A stretch of 63,833 nucleotides of DNA, filler included, from Octopus bimaculoides (Eukaryota): the NCBI RefSeq assembly GCF_001194135.2. It is 5 parts of 5 records of this genome, joined end to end, with 100 filler letters (N's around TTAATTAATTAA, not from the genome) between each part and the next. Parts side by side here need not be neighbours in the genome. Positions count along the whole stretch, not along the records: positions 36,604 to 56,714 come from NC_068982.1; 4 more parts are not named here. One strand, 5' to 3'. The notes under the pieces were generated by a model, which did no database searches, had not been told where the DNA came from, and was given only the letters and a program-made list of their open reading frames with translations. The position numbers and the translations under genes are program-made. Below are positions 37,945-52,406 of this stretch, piece by piece (within the stretch, counting starts at the first letter, position 1; the number at the start of each line of letters is the position of its first letter).

Positions 37945-38014
37945 CCTCTTTCTTTCTTTCTTTTTTTATTTCTTTCTTTCTTTCTTTCTTTCTTTCTGGC
38001 TGTCTGTCTGTCTG

Positions 38015-38063
<49 letters not shown>

Positions 38064-38083
38064 CATTCATTCATTCATTCATC

Positions 38084-38154
<71 letters not shown>

Positions 38155-38155
38155 A
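37945..38155. repeat. (TTTC)n/(TTCA)n tetranucleotide tract
   Basis: Direct reading. Confidence 0.9.
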
Positions 38156-39074
38156 TATTTTTCGCTATTTTATAGTATTCCAATTCGTTAGGCATGTGAA
38201 ATTGATATGGGGTGGGGCAAAATAAGTAATTTCTGATTTCTTTTTATTTTCTTTCTATTTGTTTGAAATTATTATATTGCATGCGTTGCATCATTTGTTG
38301 CGTTACATCAATTTTGGAAGTAAAAATTGGTCGGCATAGTTGTTGAAGTTGAGAAAATTTTGAAACACAATCAAACGCAGGTACTTATCCTTCAAGATAG
38401 TTCTCCTCAATTTCGACCCGATTTGTAATTGAGGTTGCTAGTAAAACATCTGGATAATTTTTGGTGTTTAACAATTAATATTATTTTCTCTGTTGGATTC
38501 CAAGTCAATTTTTTCCCACACTAATGTCTAATTTGATAATTTTCCATTCTCAAAACATGATGTCTGAATAGGGGCAAAATGAGTAATGACTACTTTCAAT
38601 AATGGCGGAGTTTTGGAACCGACACCCACACGTTTGATTTTCTCCGTTTTGACAGTGATTTTTACAATTTCATTTTCACCACGGACTAATTGTTTCTAAC
38701 CTCCCTCCCTTGATCTCCTTACTCCCATCTGAACCGATTTTGGCCATTTTTTTTTTTTTTTTGTAATACACACTGAAAAAATGATGGAAGAAACCTTTCC
38801 GGTGAAAAAAAAAAATGTAATATTTTCACAAGGAAAGGTGTGTAATTTAAAGGAGATTTATATATATTTAATGCCAATGGCATATAATATATATGTGCAT
38901 ATATATGCATGGATGACTGTATGTATATCATATATAAAACCAATGTATAAACCACATATATATATTGGATTAAACGAATCTCAATGTTTCCGGGCTTAAT
39001 TTCTACTCACCCGTATTCAAGAGGGTTTTCCTAGAAATTGTTCTTTTTAGCTCCTGACAAAATAATAATAATGA

Positions 39075-39728
39075 TTTCAGATTTTGACACAAGGCCAACA
39101 ATTTCGGTAGAGGGGGTAGGTCGATTATATCTACCTTAGTATTTCACTGGTACTCAATGTATCGATCCCGAAAGGATAAAAGGCAAAGTCGACCCGGTGG
39201 AATTTGAACTGAGAATGTAGCGACGGGCGTGCTAACGATTCTGCCAGCTCACCGCCTTCACAATAATGTTGTTGTAGTAAAGATCGTTTGCCAACATAAC
39301 ATGGCAGTCCAGGTTTAGGACTAATTGTGCTGTAATTTAGCCCCAGGAGACATAGTCTCCAGCTGGCTATACGACAATATATTGTCGCTCGATAATAATA
39401 ATTATAATAATAATGATGATGATGATGATGATGATTGTAATAATAATAATAAATTAAGAATATGTTAACTCTTCAAGTTACTTTTGGCGTAACTACTTGA
39501 AAATGTTTCTCTTCAGAAAAATAATTACTTAAGTTGCATTAGGTAAATAAATAAATTTTGTTAAAAAAGTCACATGCTTCCACAGCAAATAAAAGATATG
39601 GAAGTGCATCCCTCCCTCCCTCTCTCCATCCATACACACACACACACATGTACACACACGCACACACGCACATGTATGTATATATATATATATGTGCATG
39701 CATGTATCTATCTATGTATTTATATATC

Positions 39729-39782
<54 letters not shown>

Positions 39783-39801
39783 GATAATAATGACAGCAGT
39801 G

Positions 39802-39834
<33 letters not shown>

Positions 39835-39990
39835 AACTTTTCTACTATAGGCCCAAAGCATGAAAGTTTAGGGGAGGCGGCTAGTTGATCGAATATGTCC
39901 CTGTGCTTAAATTGTATTTAATTTATCGACCTCGAAAAGTGAAAAGTAAAGATGATCTTGGCGGAATTTGAACTCAAAAGAACGATGTGC
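39075..39990 (-). mobile_element. Two SINE A copies (~39075-39260, ~39850-39990)
   Basis: ATCGATCCCGAAAGGATAAAAGGCAAAGTCGAC cores in reverse orientation. Confidence 0.75.
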
Positions 39991-40699
39991 ACTTCCATAT
40001 TTTACACTAGCCAGTACACCGGAATGCTTAAGATGTGTGCTGCTGGACTGTTGTATCAGAGGAAATTCCTCATTATGGATGCTGTATGTAAGTTATATGC
40101 ATTTAGGCTTTCTGCAGCGAAAATCTTCCACCGACTAGTTTAAAGAGCGTATTAATCATAAATGTACACCTTTTTAAATAAAGTAAATCTTTATCATATA
40201 AATGTGTTTTTGTGCACGCGCAGACGCATATTATGGAAAATCTAGTGTAAGGCAAAATAACTAAAATCTATTTAAATATTAGATTATAAATCATTACCGT
40301 GGGTGTAATACATTCTATGCTGTTGATGAACGGAGTGTGAAGGCGACGGAAGGAGTTTCCTGATAGATTCTATAAAAATAAGAGAAGGCTGAAACGGCTT
40401 CCTTCTCCAGTCATTAGCATAGATTAACTACGATATAAAGCAGTCATGAATTTGATTAGCACATTAGAGAATAGTCTAATTTGAATATTTGTGCTTTTCA
40501 AAGGTCACAGTTAATTAAATAACGTCTACTTTATTCACAGCAGAATCTATCCATTAATGCGTTAGCTTAATTCATGACTCTTTTATATTAATAACTGATC
40601 TGTGCGATTGACTGGTGGGTGGAAAGGGAGCGTTGTGCGTCTCTGAGGAGTAGTCAACCTGTCAGTCAAGAAACCTCCACACCACTTTTTCCCCCTTTC

Positions 40700-40748
<49 letters not shown>

Positions 40749-40852
40749 ACACGCACACACAAACACACACACACACACACATACGTACACACACACACAT
40801 ACGTACACACACACACACACACACACACATGCACACACAGACACACACACAC

Positions 40853-40992
40853 AAATTCTGAAGGAGATGTTTGTAAATCCAGCCATATATAAGAAAATAG
40901 GTAGAGGATAGAGTCAGCAATATACTGAAGTGTCCGGTTCATTCTTATTTTCTTATATATGGCTAGATTTACAAACATCTCCTTCAGAATTT
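40853..40992. repeat. 47-bp near-perfect inverted repeat with 46-nt spacer
   Basis: 40853-40899 versus the reverse complement of 40946-40992: one mismatch. A partial second copy lies at ~42815-42895. Confidence 0.9.
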
Positions 40993-41204
40993 TTCTTGTG
41001 TGTGTGTGTGTGTGTGTGTGTACAGAGAAGGGGAGAGAAGATAGGGGGAGAAAATTTTATGCATCAAACTAGAACTTCAGTTACTTATCTGGGGGATTAC
41101 ATACGAGTTTCCTAATACTGTTTTGAAAACAATTTTCCAAAAGAGATCGAAAGTTTTAAAGAGTGTTGTCAATCTCAAGCGCACATTTTCACGAATAATA
41201 TTGG

Positions 41205-41420
41205 TTCCAAATTTCGTCACAAGGCCAGCAACATCGGGGGAGGAGATAAATCGATTAAGTCGATTCCAGTGGTTCAATTGGTACTTATTTTATCGATCCT
41301 GAAACGATAAGAGGTAAAGTCGATCTTGGAGCAATTTGAACTCAGAACGTAAGGACGGACGAATGGCTGACGAGTGCTGTGCCAGGCATGCTAACCATTC
41401 TACTAGCTCACCGCCTTGTA
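41205..41420 (-). mobile_element. SINE family A
   Basis: Core and head CTAGCTCACCGCCTT in reverse orientation. Confidence 0.8.
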
Positions 41421-43929
41421 AAGAATATAAATTGATGACACATGAGACAAATGTGAACGGTTAAGTAATCACTAGAGCTGCTAGGAAAGGGATCAGATCC
41501 GTTTAAACCACATTCTACACTGTAGAGAGTAGAGTCTACAGAACTCTGATGATCTCGGAATATATATTCCTACTTTCTTGGCACCAGTCAACGGGACCAT
41601 AAAAAAAAAGTTGTGAATGTTTTCTTCTATATTCTGGCTGAATCATGAAAGATTCATTGGATAATGTCCGAGATATTTCTCTCTGAAAAAAAAAAATATC
41701 AACAAAAAATAACTAAAACTGGATGGTCAGCCCCCACCCCGAACATTTCGGTAGATATCGTGGTCATTGGTTTCTCAGGTTTACTCAATCTGAGGCTAAA
41801 CAATAATATAAACAGCATAAATATATAACCGCCGAACAGTCCTCAGATTACACCTCATGTGACTTCTTTAAAAGGAAGTTCTACTTCAAAATATAATAGT
41901 CCTAATTACGAATTCTTGAAACAATATATATATATAAAAGTTACAGGATGGTCATAGCTGGAGCGCCTTTCGTAATAAGCTGACTGTATTATCGCTGATG
42001 TCACGCTAAAACAGCAACAACAGATGCGTAATGAAAGAGACATACATATACATAGACACAACTACATAAACAAACAAACACACGTGTCTATGTATGCGTG
42101 CATGTATGTTTGTATGTATAGGAGTTTAATTTGGTCATTAATTATTCCCATGAGAATTTTGTCAAATCAACCTTTTAACATTTTGTTTTACTGTTTTCTC
42201 TCGCCTCCACCTGCTTTTCTTAAATACCTCTCACCTTACTTCCTATCTTCCTGCATACCTATCTACTTATTCTTCCCCTGTAAAGTAAGTGTGTGTATGT
42301 GTATGTGTGTGTGTGTATAAATATGAAATATATGCATATATATATACATACACACATATACATACATGCATACATATATATATATATATGCATTCATATC
42401 TATCTACACACACACACACATACGCACACTTACACACAAAAACATTTTCGATTTCATTCGCTTATTTACCGTTTTTCTTCCCACCTCTCATCATCACCAC
42501 TACCACCACCGCCACCACCACTACACACTTGTGTGTCCTTTGTTATTTCTTCGTTCCTTGTGTTCCTTTGTCTTGTCCCTCTCTTTTATGATAAGATGTT
42601 GTCATTCTATCAGCCCTGAAGGCAACAGTATCTCCTCGGTCACAGTCCACTTGTTTAGGGTTTCAAATGACAGTTGTATTTATTCACATCATTGTATTTC
42701 CCACCCTTTTATACTTTAAATTTCACCAGTAAAGAAAAAAAAAATCAGATGTGTCTATTAGGAAACGTTTGGTCATTGAAATTTGTACAGAAAAACTAGG
42801 TATAGTATGGAGTAAGCGATATACTGACGAGTCCTGTTCATTCTTATTTTCTTACATATGGCTGGATTTACAAACAACTCCTTCAGAATTTTTCTTTACC
42901 GCTGTCAAAGAACTACTTTAGAGTTAGCAAATTGGTGGTGTCTTTCGTGTGTGAAATAGAAGAAAAAATCCAGATTCTTCACTCCTCACAGCAATTAAGT
43001 TACCAAAGTATTCTGTGAACTTTCGCAATCGTGAGGGCGTGAGAATGGACATTCAAGTCATGTCATTTACTTTCAGGCACAGTGTATCTAAGATTATCCA
43101 AGTGGTATGATGCCCTTCAAAGGAGATTTAGGTGCTATTTCTAGGTGGTCTACGGACTTCGAGGAAGCCCTGTTATTCACACAACTGTTTTTTATGATTG
43201 GAAATGGTATATTTCTATTACGAAATTGTATTGTCGTTTATTATGACAAATAGTTCGTAACTGGTAGCCTGAATCCATTGCCCGATTAAACATCACCACC
43301 TGGTTTTTAGGGACCTTTACCGGGGCCTGACGAAAATTTCTTCTTTCCCGTTCATTTCTCGAAGTCTCTGACAAGTAAAATAATGCCACCCTTCCTCCTC
43401 TAAACGATAAAAAATGCAACAAAGAAACTTCATTTGAAGCAGCTGAAACTGTGTGGTTAGACAGACGTATATATAATAGCTTTATTTTGCTGCTGTCTCC
43501 AAGTATATTTTATGGGTGTCTGTGTTCATCATTCTTATGAAATCTGATGTATTGTTTTTGGAAGCTGACCGCATAAGAAGTATTTATTAGATAAAATTTA
43601 CAATATATAGATATTCCCTCCAAATATGCCTAATGGCGATTCTACGGTCCTCTGTAGTTAATGTTTTCATGCACATTAGAAGTTAATATAAGACACCAAC
43701 TAAAAGAGCTACATAAATAGTGAAGTAAGAATTTGCATTTATATTTCTTCCTCTCAGTTTGAAGACATTGCATTAGCGAAGTCTTTAGAATGTCGATAGA
43801 ACGTCTTGCAGTATTTCTTTCAGTTTCCTACGCACTGATTTCATATGTCCGGCATTGGATTTTGCTTTTCATCCCTTGGGGATCGATAAATAAAGTACTA
43901 GTCATCTACCAGGGCCATCTCTTCCTGAC

Positions 43930-44094
<165 letters not shown>

Positions 44095-45659
44095 CGTTCT
44101 AAGCAAAGGTTACATGTTATCGTTGGCCCAGAAAATTTGTGGATAACATTAACAATATCCTTACAACTCAAGTGACTCATAAAAATACTTTTGGTTCATT
44201 CAAAATACTCCTTTTTAAGCTCATTTTCCTGGCGTTTACGTATAAAAACATCAGTTTTCCTCCACAATTTACAACCTTCAGTTATTCTGTTGCATTTATC
44301 GGTATCACAATTTATGCATCTAGTTCATCTTATTTTATTCCCAACATTTTCCAAGTTGTATTACATTTTAATATTACCATTAAATAATTCCATATTATTA
44401 ACGAAACTTCCGAACCGGAAGTCAATTAATTGTTTATTGTTTTTGATCATTTATGAAGAATTAATGATGACCCTGACATTCCTTTTCTGATAAGTTTACC
44501 AATTTGGTCTGCTTTATAAATAAAATAGTTCAAAGAGAAGACTAAAGCATCACCTTGAATTACTTCGTTGATATTCTGGTAAAACAGCATTTTACACTCA
44601 AGGTGTTGTTGAATGCATTCAAAGATGTTAGACCCTCATAGTTTTTTACTTTTCTCTTTTTACCAAACAGTCACTAATTCTTCACTCTTCTGATTTGTTT
44701 GTATAACTACAACGTTCAATCATAGGTGTTCCATGCGTGGTGGCTAATTCTATTGAAACTCGATAACTTAGTTTTGATACCATAGTGAGATTATGCCACA
44801 TCATGATAATATATCTCTGCTTGCAAAGACATTTCTTTAACTTCTTCCACACGAACTGTTTTCTTCCTGTTCTAATATTTCAAAATATAAACTTGGAGAC
44901 CTAGATGAAAATAAATAGTAATCTAGAAGCTAATTCCCAGGTATTATTTTCTGGGATATGGAACGGGGAAATCCATAGGTTCAGTGTTCAATGAGGCAAT
45001 AGTACTACTAAAACCAAATCAATCTGCTAAATGTATGACATTAAACCTGCAACGTGTTTATGGATTGGGGAAAAAATATGGAGCTTAAATTAGTTTTCAC
45101 AATTTATCTTACTCATTGCTAAAACATTTCACAGAATTTTTTCCTTGTCATATTCGTGCTGAAGTCCCTTTTAATTATTGATGACAAAATCAAAATACGT
45201 TTTGATCTTTTATTGCGGTCTCAAGCGTTAATTCTATAGAGTGTGTTGTTGATAGCTTTCTTTCTTCCTTTTTGTCTTTCTTTCATTTTTTTTCCCCGCG
45301 AAAACTGCATTTGCACATTTATCAATTGGAAAGGACACAATTCTCACCACTAAACTTTTTTTTTGTTATTTGTTTCCAAACTATTGATATTAACGTCATT
45401 TTCGACCTTTCAACCAAACTCAGTAGTATGCAATGCTAATGGAAATAGAATTATAGCCTAACAAATATAAATAAATAAAATAAAATATATAAAAACCATA
45501 AATAGTACGCAGTCATCTAATGAAGTGCTGTCTTAGACTGATTTGGGGGTTTATCCACTCCCATAAAGTATTGTGAACTACAACCGCACATCGAAATTTT
45601 ACATGGATAAGAATCTTCGACAGTGCAAGATAAGTGAGATAATATGAACTCCAGTGTCC

Positions 45660-45975
45660 ATTCTATAGACTCGAAACTGATCCTTATAGCGTTATAAGTG
45701 CCTCTTCCCTATAATAGATTAAAGATGCTCTATACTGCATTTTAAGAATTTATTCTGTTGACTTACAGCTGACCCTCAGAGCTTTATAAGTACTATCTAT
45801 TTTTGCCTTTGACTTCCAGTTGATCTTTACAGTTTTATAATACCCATTCTATTGGCTTCTAATGCCTCCATGCTGAGCTTTACAGTTTTATTACTATCCA
45901 TTCAGTTGATTTCAAGTTGATCCTTACAACTTTATGAGTAATGTACATTTGATTGACTTCCAGCGTTATAAACTT
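45660..45975. repeat. Degenerate ~50-55-bp minisatellite, ~5-6 units
   Basis: Recurring TTGACTTCCAGTTGATC.TTACAG.TTTATAA motif. Confidence 0.6.
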
Positions 45976-47215
45976 CTTTGGAAACATTTTAGTTACTCAT
46001 TTTCCAAGAAACATTAAAATGCACTCTATAATGACAAGTGACAACAAGTTGTGAATACGAGAATAATAATATTATCTTTTAAGTATTTTCTGTCTCAGAA
46101 ATAACAACGCTAACGCCAATTCGAACTCGTGACTAACAAGATGATAGTTCATTATTTTAGTCTCTCGGTCATTATACTATAAATATTCTTAATATCTTGC
46201 TACAAGTTATTTTCTGTTAGTTTCTTACGTCCAATCCAACATGCTGAGAGATACTTAAATCGAAATACCGGTATTATAATTTATCAGTTGACTAAACGTT
46301 TTTGTTTGATTTATCACTCATCAAAATATAATATAATTTTGGAAATGGCAATTGGTGGGAGAAGTTTAGCATGGGGGTGGTAATGCTGTTATCAGAATTG
46401 TTAGTACCCGTATATGGTAAGAGGATAGCAGAACTGCCAGAGATATTATGACCTATAGGTCATAACATCTTCTGCTATTTGTTCTCTTAATATTTTGAAT
46501 TCAAATGTTGTCTAGTTTCATGGTACGTTTCAACCTAAAGAGGCTGGTAAAATATGTATTGAGGTCGATGTTGTTAACGCTGTTGGCTTCTGGTCGGTTA
46601 TGATCGTTGCAGACCAATGAACAAAGGGTTTAAGTCTGCAATTCTGTATTTCTCTTATATTGATGGAACAGAGATCCACATCACCCGATGCAGCACTTTT
46701 CACAAGTCTAGGACATAATTTATAAGAATTTGTTTGCTATTTCTAGTAGGGTAGGCCATCACCTAGATTCTCCTTTGCAGTCATGGAAGTGGAAACTGAA
46801 AGTCTTTGAACTTGATCCCGCAGCATGGCCACTAATTAAGGACTTAACCAGGAAAGATTAGAAAAAAAGAAATCCCTTTTCGCCTCTTCATTAAAAGAAA
46901 TGTAAGTAGCAACTGTAGCATTTACACCAACGAAAAACAAAGAACAACCATTTTAATATGCACAATATTAGATACCGAAATATGAGGAGATCATGCACTT
47001 AAGTTGCAAATCATTACTATCTCTAATTACATCTATACAAATGTAAATTAAATTATTTTGTATGGTTTAAAAACAAAGCATTGAACATATCTCAGTATAA
47101 CTCAGTATATCGGTTTAATCTTACCTGTTTTAGCAACAACTGTGTGTATGTGTGCGTGTGTGTGTGTGTGTGAGAGAGAGAGAGTGTGTGTGTGTATGCA
47201 AGATTTCTTTTCATC

Positions 47216-47610
47216 TCTAAACACAAGGCCTGAAATTTTTGGGGAAGGGGCCAGTCGATTAGATCGACTCCAGTACGCAAATGGTACTTAATTTATCGAC
47301 CCCGAAAGGATGAAAGGCAAAGTCGACCTCGGCGGAATTTGAACTCAGAACGCAGTGGCAGACGAAATACCGCTAAGCATTTCGCTCGGTATGCCAACGT
47401 TTCTCATTTCTTTATTGCCCACAAGGGGCTAAACATAGAGGGGAAAAACAAGACAGACAAAGGTATTAAGTCAATTACATCGACCCCAGTGCGTAACTGG
47501 TACTTAATTTATCGATCTCGGAGGAATTTGATCACAGAACGTAAAGACAGACGAAATACTGCTAAGCATTGTCGCCCGGCATGCTAACGTTTCTGCCAGC
47601 TCACCGCCTT
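47216..47610 (-). mobile_element. Two adjacent SINE A copies
   Basis: ~47216-47400 and ~47405-47610, with different 3' tails. Confidence 0.85.
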
Positions 47611-49459
47611 AGAGTGTATGCAAGAATAAGTTACAATGCAATACAAACATCGTTATAATTGACCATAGTTCAGCCATAAATTATTGATCTTTGATATAGG
47701 CATAAGGTCTCATTTCTTAATATTTTATTTCAATTATTAGCTAAATTTTAAAATAGAACGTTACTTTTGTATAAAATTGAATGATTGATGGACGTAGAAA
47801 ATCTTTTTAGAAAGTGAAATGCGTAGTCGACAACAACGAAACCAGGACTTGAAATGGCACTACATTTTTATCACTCCCATAAAGGTAAAAGGTATTGTCG
47901 ATACCGATCACGTTTGAACTCAGAAACTAAAGCGATGAAACTAAAATATCGCTAAGCCTTAATGATGTTGCCAAGTCACCTTTTATTTTAAGGCTGTGGA
48001 TTGACAATTGTGAAGGTCAATTTAAGTCAATTCATATAACGGGCCCACAACCTGCAATGGTATGGTCGACTTTGCTTTTTAGTATTCTTGAGTTATTAAA
48101 TTAAAATGACAGTCTATATATTGGAATATACCCTCACTCCAGAATAAATGAAACCGTGCACAAAAAATGAATATATAAATATAAAAGTAACATAATAAAA
48201 TACGCTAGAATTTAAAATAAAACTAATAAAATAAAATTAATCATTTTGGTTTCGACTCTTTACGTGCAGAATTCGAATGTCACCGAGGCCTCACTTTCAC
48301 TATTTTATTTTTTATTTTTTTAGGTTGTCGGGGCTTGTACTATGCAAATATTAGGAACAATATAAGCGATTATTGTTCAAGCTCCCCAAAATATGAAATC
48401 GTGTGTCTATGTTAGAAAATCTAATTTTAACAATAATTATATGTTTGTGCTTGTTTGTTGTTGCTTAGCCTTGATCAATCGTGAAGAAGCAAAGTTATGA
48501 TCAGAAACACTCCTGTCGTTTTTGAGCAATCTAAAATTGAATTCTCTATCGTGCCTTTCCCTTTTGGAATGTGGCAGGATGTAACTTGAGGGAAATTATG
48601 GTGTTACGTATACAGAGTTATTCAAAAGTCACCTTCTATTTTAGATTTAACCATCCTGGTGCTTTTTCTTTGGGTTTGTCTGAAAGAAACAGTTTAAGTA
48701 ATCGATCCACAAATACTCCTGGAACTGAAGGATAATATTCTATGAGAAAATTGAGCATCGGAGCGAAATACCTTTTACTACGGCTATCAAAGATCACTGC
48801 CAAGGCATTTGTTTGCACAAGGTTTTACTCCACAAGTAGTTCAAAGTAAATTGCAATGTCTAAGATAAATATATATGAAAGGAAAGTTTAGGGAATTTCT
48901 TAATATTTTATTTTAAATATCTAAATTTTAAAATGGAACATTACTTTTGTATAAAATTGAGTGATTGATCGACGTAGAAAATCTTTAGTTGAAAAATTAT
49001 TTCTTATCGCTAGAGATGAAATATAAATATCAACATTAAGTATAAAATCACATGAAAAGGAAGTACTGGACCATGTTTTGTAATGAAAGCATCGTGTGGT
49101 TCACACAAAATCTGTACAGGGACCATACTGTAGTGCAGTTGGGAAAAAACCTTGATTGCTGTACCCCAGAATAACAAAGGACTGAAACTATTGAAATAAT
49201 ACTTGTTTTTAATTTAAACTCAACAACAGTAATTTTGAGGGTGGAGGCTGATCGATACTATTGATCCCAGTACTAGATCCCAGTACTTTATCATTGATCC
49301 CAGTCTTTATCTCATCGATTACCGAAGGATGAAAGGTTGTAGTTGGTATCAGAAGTATTTGATCATATACAGTCGGAAATGTTATTGCTAGGTAATTTGT
49401 CTGATCATTTCACGTTTCTACCAATCTACTCACCATTAATCCCCATTACAATTATAATA

Positions 49460-49676
49460 ATGTTTTGAAATTTCGGCATAAGACCAACAATTTCGGGAGT
49501 GAGAGGTAAGTCGATTACATTGATCCCAGAACTCAACTGATACTTATTTTATCGCCCCCGAAAGGATGAAAGGCTAAGTCAACCTACGTAGAATTTGAAC
49601 TCAGAACGGACAGACGGATGAAATACTGCTATGCATTTTACCTGGCATGCTAACAATTGTGACAACTCACCGCTTT
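49460..49676 (-). mobile_element. SINE family A followed by (AAT)n(GAT)n array (49677-49848)
   Basis: Core AAAGGATGAAAGGC.AAGTCAAC and head CTCACCGCTT. Confidence 0.8.
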
Positions 49677-49704
49677 AATAATAATAATAATAACAATAAT
49701 AATA

Positions 49705-49848
<144 letters not shown>

Positions 49849-50086
49849 CATTTTTGCTCTTCGAAATTTCAGAATCTATTTTGCAAAATATTTAACTGGT
49901 ATGTAATATTCCACCGAAAAAATATTCATGAGAGCACTCTGTTTCGTATACAGAGATGTTTTATTTTGGAATGACATGTTTACCATTTGTAAACAATCAA
50001 AATCTGATTGTGTCAGTTAATTAATCTACTAATAAAGATTGTCATGGCCTTTATTTTATTAGTCTGGGCTTCAGGAAGGAATTGTA

Positions 50087-50269
50087 TTCTTTTATTTGTT
50101 TCAGTCATTTGACTGCGGCCATGCTGGAGCACCGCCTTTAGCCGAACAAATCGACCCCAGTACTTATTCTTTGTAAGCTTAGTACTCATTCTATCGGTCT
50201 CTTTTGCCGAACCGCTAGATTATGGGGACGTAAACACACCAACATCGGTTGTCAAGGGATAGTGGGGGA

Positions 50270-50321
<52 letters not shown>

Positions 50322-50334
50322 CATATACATATAC

Positions 50335-50367
<33 letters not shown>

Positions 50368-50559
50368 CGACGGGCTTCTTTCAGTTTCCGTCTACCAAAT
50401 CCATTCACAAGGCTTTGGTCGGGCCGCGGTTATAGCTGAAGACACTTGCCCAAGGTGCCACGCAGTGAGACTGAACCCGTGGTTCCATGTGGTTACATGT
50501 GGTTCCATGTGGTTCCATGTGGTAAGCAAGCTACTTACCACACAGCCACTCTTGCGCCT
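50087..50559 (-). mobile_element. Full-length SINE family B with internal 10-bp (GTGGTTCCAT)n expansion
   Basis: Complete tail, microsatellite and head. About four tandem 10-mers at ~50479-50523. Confidence 0.92.
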
Positions 50560-51243
50560 CTACAGCTTTCGAAAATCCTCTCGAAGTTTGAGTCAATAAT
50601 TATACTAATCTATCGTTCCTCCATTAAATGAAGTGAACTAGTTTAACCATTAAAGGAGTACTTCGTCATGGCTCTTGAGTTCACAAATTACAGATTCGAT
50701 GTGTCAGCATTTCTATCAGCTGATATGAAATACAGGTACAGGGTATATTTGTGGGAAAACGACTTTATGATTGATCACACAATATAGTATCTTTGAGAAA
50801 TAAATCGAGACACCGTCACAATATATATCAAGGTTGCACACACACCCTATCTCGTACACCCACCTTCTCTCTCCTTCCTCTTTCTCACTTCCCGTAAACA
50901 ACATACAATTAAAACCTTTACACAGCTTTTACGAGTGCTGCCCATCCTAATCTCTGATAATCTTTTATTACAACCACGCATTTATAGCGCTGTTGAAACT
51001 GTTTACCAAATACTATTCTTTGACTTCAGAACCATAAAATACTTTTGTTATGAATAATTGCAGAAAACTTAAAGGAAATAAAAAAATGTAAAGCTCCTGA
51101 AAACACGAACAACCTAGATTTCATTTGGAATGTAGCCATAGGTGCAGATATAGCTGTATGGTTTCAAGTTTAATCCTATTGTGAAACCCCGGCCCGACCT
51201 GTGTCTTGTGAATGAACTGGTAAACAGGACCTGCGGACAAGCT

Positions 51244-51294
<51 letters not shown>

Positions 51295-52300
51295 TGTGTG
51301 TGAGAGAGAGAGAGAAAGACAGACAGACAGACAGACTTTTTGCTTGTGACCCACCACCATTTGATGTCCGGTGTTGTTTTGTTTACGTTCACACAGCATA
51401 GTTGCTCAACAAAAGGAAACTGATGGAATGAATACTAGACTCTAAAAATTAAGTGCTATGGTGAATTTGTTCGACAAAACCCCTCAAGGCAGTGCTCCAC
51501 CATGACCACAGTCTGAAGCGCATAAAAGAATCTCACTGACTGACAAAAGTTTTAACAATCGACATCAATGATTACTGTTACAGACTTACAAGACTTCAGC
51601 ACTCTGCAACAATGACTTTCTGATAGGTTCACAAAATTTTGACACTACTTAAAGTCAGAATCTTTCCTTGAACATCAACACTCAAAATTTCCCTATTTAT
51701 CACGTATTACTCATAGGATACGGTTATGCAAATTCCAGCTAGACATCGACTGCATAAACCTCACTCCCCTGCAGAGGATACAAGCTGTAACCTTCCATTC
51801 GGCCGTTTTCAATCCACAGTCGTATGAATCCTCAGCATGCCTTTACAGGTTTATCTGCGTTATTTTTAGGCCTGCCAATCCACGTTGGCTTAATACTAGT
51901 TAGACGAGATCCACCTATTGCCTGGTGTTGTAAACAAGGCCATCAACACTAAGGTATTGTTTATACTTGTTAAAATTAAAAAAACTATCAACTATTGGGG
52001 TTCAGTTTACTCGATTAAAGCCTTCTTTCTCATTTGACCTGCCACTGTTAGAAATATTTATTATTATTATTAAACCACCGAACACTACAGAAGCCTGAGA
52101 TTTTGTATTCGATTGTGTCCCACAGCGAGAAATCAATGAATGAAGCAATCAATCAAATCAGCCATTTCTCTCCTACTATGGTTAAGCCTTTCTCTTATCC
52201 CTTCTATAATCCCAGTTCTTCATGGGTGTTTGTAGATGTTAGAGATCATAGATGTTAGCGAACAATAGCCTTTGTAATGTCACTCGTATCTATGTATGTA

Positions 52301-52406
52301 CGAGGGGGGTGCTGAAAAGTTCCTGGCTTTAAGAATAAAATCATAATTAACTGATCCTCCTGTATTTACTTTTACCCAAAGCTAGGAAGCTATCGGCACC
52401 TCCTCG
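52301..52406. mobile_element. 106-bp mariner-type MITE with TA target-site duplication
   Basis: TA-CGAGGGGGGTGCTGAAAAGTTCCTGGCTTT ... AAAGCTAGGAAGCTATCGGCACCTCCTCG-TA. Confidence 0.85.

Noticed and set aside
43077-43104. 28-nt AG/GT-bounded micro-exon candidate
   Set aside because: Splice-like words of this quality are frequent in AT-rich DNA and there is no partner exon or other support.
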